A stretch of 63,710 nt of DNA, the filler included, from Collodictyon triciliatum (Eukaryota), in NCBI GenBank assembly GCA_043381765.1. It is 9 parts of 9 records of this genome, joined end to end, with 100 filler letters (N's around TTAATTAATTAA, not from the genome) between each part and the next. Parts side by side here need not be neighbours in the genome. Positions count along the whole stretch, not along the records: positions 58,219 to 63,710 come from JBHJMP010004100.1; 8 more parts are not named here. One strand, given 5' to 3'. The position numbers and the translations under genes were made by a program. Shown piece after piece: positions 61,774-63,710 of the stretch; the stretch's first letter is position 1; every line of letters begins with the position of its first letter. The notes under the pieces were generated by a model. It searched no databases. It was not told the origin of the DNA and saw nothing but the letters and a program-made list of their open reading frames with translations.

Positions 61774-62221
61774 GTCCGAAACGAGAAGAAGAATGCCGCT
61801 GGCAAAACCAAAAAAAAAAAAAAAGGGAGATGTTTTCTTAATGAATCACTGAGCACCTTTTTAATTAATAAAAAAAAAAATTCTTATCAAGAATAACCTC
61901 TTCGATACGGTATACCAACGAATGCGATTATATTTTGTTATTCTAAGAAGACATATTATTTTTTTCTCATTCTTTTTTTTTTCGATAACCAGGAAGCAAT
62001 AATCAAAAAGTCGTGGCTTTAAAGTAATTTATTTACAAAACATGCTACTCCAGAAAATTATATCGCAGAGAAAAGTGAAGGACAAGGAAAGTGTGGAAGA
62101 AGCAAGAAAGGAGGATAGAAGGGGCATGGGTCGCTTTCTGTTCGGAGCAGAGGATATTTCTGAAGCAGATAAAAAGACCGAGAGCAAGGAAAAGAAAATG
62201 CGTTCGGAAGATGTTCGGACC

Positions 62222-62956
62222 TCATTCTGCGCTGCCCACCGAAAGGCCCCGGAGCATGCCACTTGTGTCGTCGACTTTTTCATGTCTCTCCTGCTCAACA
62301 TCAGTAAGCCATGTTTGTATATCGCAAATGAGCTGCCTGCGATACGGCCGAACAAGCGACCCCGAAATCGAGTCGGTCTTGCACAAAAGGCCAGTCAACT
62401 GGTCTGCGAGCAGCACCGGTTTCTTGTGTCCAGTGTGGTATTGCTCGATGTACTTTAGTCCCTGCAGTCGGATGGCCTTCAACGCCTTCAGCTTTGCCAG
62501 CATTTCCGCTCGCCTCACAATCCAGCCCCTAAACACCCGCTGAATCACCAAGGCCGCTGCGTCAGGTTGCATCGTGCGGGCAGGCGGCTTGAGAGAGGCT
62601 TGTCTGCGCGACCTTCCCTCATGCTCGTCATCCAGTGTTTGGATTGGCACACTGTAGCGCGAAGGGCGAACGTGCTCCCAGTTTCTGGGGTTCTGCTGTC
62701 TTTGTGTGTATTGTTTCGTCTCGGGCTGTCTGCCATGCTGGCGACTTGTGGGCTCCTCTTGGCGTCTGCTGTGTTGTCTCTGCCTCGCACTTCTTGCACT
62801 TGCCCTTGGATGCTGCTGCTGATGCGGACAAAGAGGCGTGTAGAGGTATCGAGGCGACATGTTCCAGGGAGAATATGTCAAATAGTCGTCGTCTGAGCGC
62901 TTGTTGTAGCCATCAAACATCAGGAGTGGTTCGGTAAAGAAGGCGTTGCCAAACAT
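62222..62956 (-). CDS. IQ-motif + BAG-domain co-chaperone (plant BAG5/6-like architecture)
   Basis: AAALVIQRVFRGWIVRR (IQ) followed by LAKLKALKAIR...LADQLTGLLCKTDSISGSLVRPYRRQLICDIQTWL (BAG-like). Probable ATG at 62956. Confidence 0.75.
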   Translation of the reverse strand: MFGNAFFTEPLLMFDGYNKRSDDDYLTYSPWNMSPRYLYTPLCPHQQQHPRASARSARQRQHSRRQEEPTSRQHGRQPETKQYTQRQQNPRNWEHVRPSRYSVPIQTLDDEHEGRSRRQASLKPPARTMQPDAAALVIQRVFRGWIVRRAEMLAKLKALKAIRLQGLKYIEQYHTGHKKPVLLADQLTGLLCKTDSISGSLVRPYRRQLICDIQTWLTDVEQERHEKVDDTSGMLRGLSVGSAE

Positions 62957-63175
62957 CGTGCTGTTGAAGTCTGTCGTTCCGTTCTGATGCTTTGTTCCTG
63001 GGCGGTTTATTTTCTGTTGCGTGGTTATCTCTAGAAGAACATCACAGACACGTAAATAAAGAATGCATTGACAACAATTTTTGTGGATGCTTAAGTATAT
63101 CTCGGCCAGCGTTCGTGCATCGCCTACAACCTTCCTCTGTGGATGCTTGTGGATGCTTGTGGATGGTTCCACCCT

Positions 63176-63215
63176 TTTCCGGATATGGTCGGTCTGGAAT
63201 CTTCCACAAACTTCC
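63176..63215. promoter_or_regulatory. Candidate heat-shock element upstream of the BAG gene
   Basis: In-register pentamers gGTCt-gGAAt-cTTCc-aCAAa-cTTCc at 63191-63215, plus a further gGAAttTTCt near 63259. Confidence 0.5.
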
Positions 63216-63710
63216 ACATTTCAATCTATTCTGGTGATTGTTGGCACAAGGCGCAGAGGAATTTTCTACAGGTGTTTTATTATTATGATATCATATATTA
63301 TATATATTTACAAGAGAATTTATGCGATTAAGGTGTGTACATGTCTCATTAATTATTTTTTCCACATTAAATGAAACGTTTTGGCACTGATCGCTTTTTA
63401 TCGTCGGCTGTGCCAATTCTCTTGTCCGTCTGTCCACAAACGACAGCGGCGACCGCTTGGAGATTCAAGAAAGGCTGGGCAGGACACTACTTTTTTTTTT
63501 AACTCTGACGAGGCCGTATATTTTTTCCTTTTTTCCTTTTTCTTTTCTTTTTCTTTTCTTTTTCTTTTCTTTTTCTTTTCTTTTTCTTTTTCCTTTTCCT
63601 TTTCCTTTTCCTTTTCTTTTTCTTTTTCTTTTTCTTTTTCTTTTTCTTTTTCTTTTTCTTTTTCTTTTTCCTTTTCCTTTTCCTTTTCCTTTTCCTTTTC
63701 CTTTTCCTTT

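Overview
Intron-rich, AT-rich eukaryotic (protist-like) genomic DNA read with the standard genetic code. The window is not one locus. It is nine scaffolds (eight of about 7.17-7.18 kb, the last cut by the window edge) joined by artificial 100-bp spacers (N44-TTAATTAATTAA-N44), and almost every scaffold end is a microsatellite. About 19 genes or gene fragments can be reconstructed by hand: a B-box/coiled-coil/SH3 protein, NOB1, DPH4, a small Tim chaperone, a SepA/Cdc7-type kinase, an LRR protein, a divergent profilin, a GH31 N-terminus, an IQ-BAG co-chaperone with heat-shock elements, an AIR9/SCAB-like protein, several unknown membrane proteins, and a decayed LINE fragment. Three items stand out: (1) an 862-aa single-ORF protein made only of five tandem dynein microtubule-binding domains, with no motor; (2) a >2200-aa secreted or surface TMEM132-like protein with a cellulosome-type cohesin plus dockerin pair between long (SQ)n stalks; (3) a PHTF-like protein (7TM ion channel / gustatory-receptor-like superfamily) apparently fused to an N-terminal EF-hand. 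All family calls are by motif recognition, not database search, and exon boundaries are manual.
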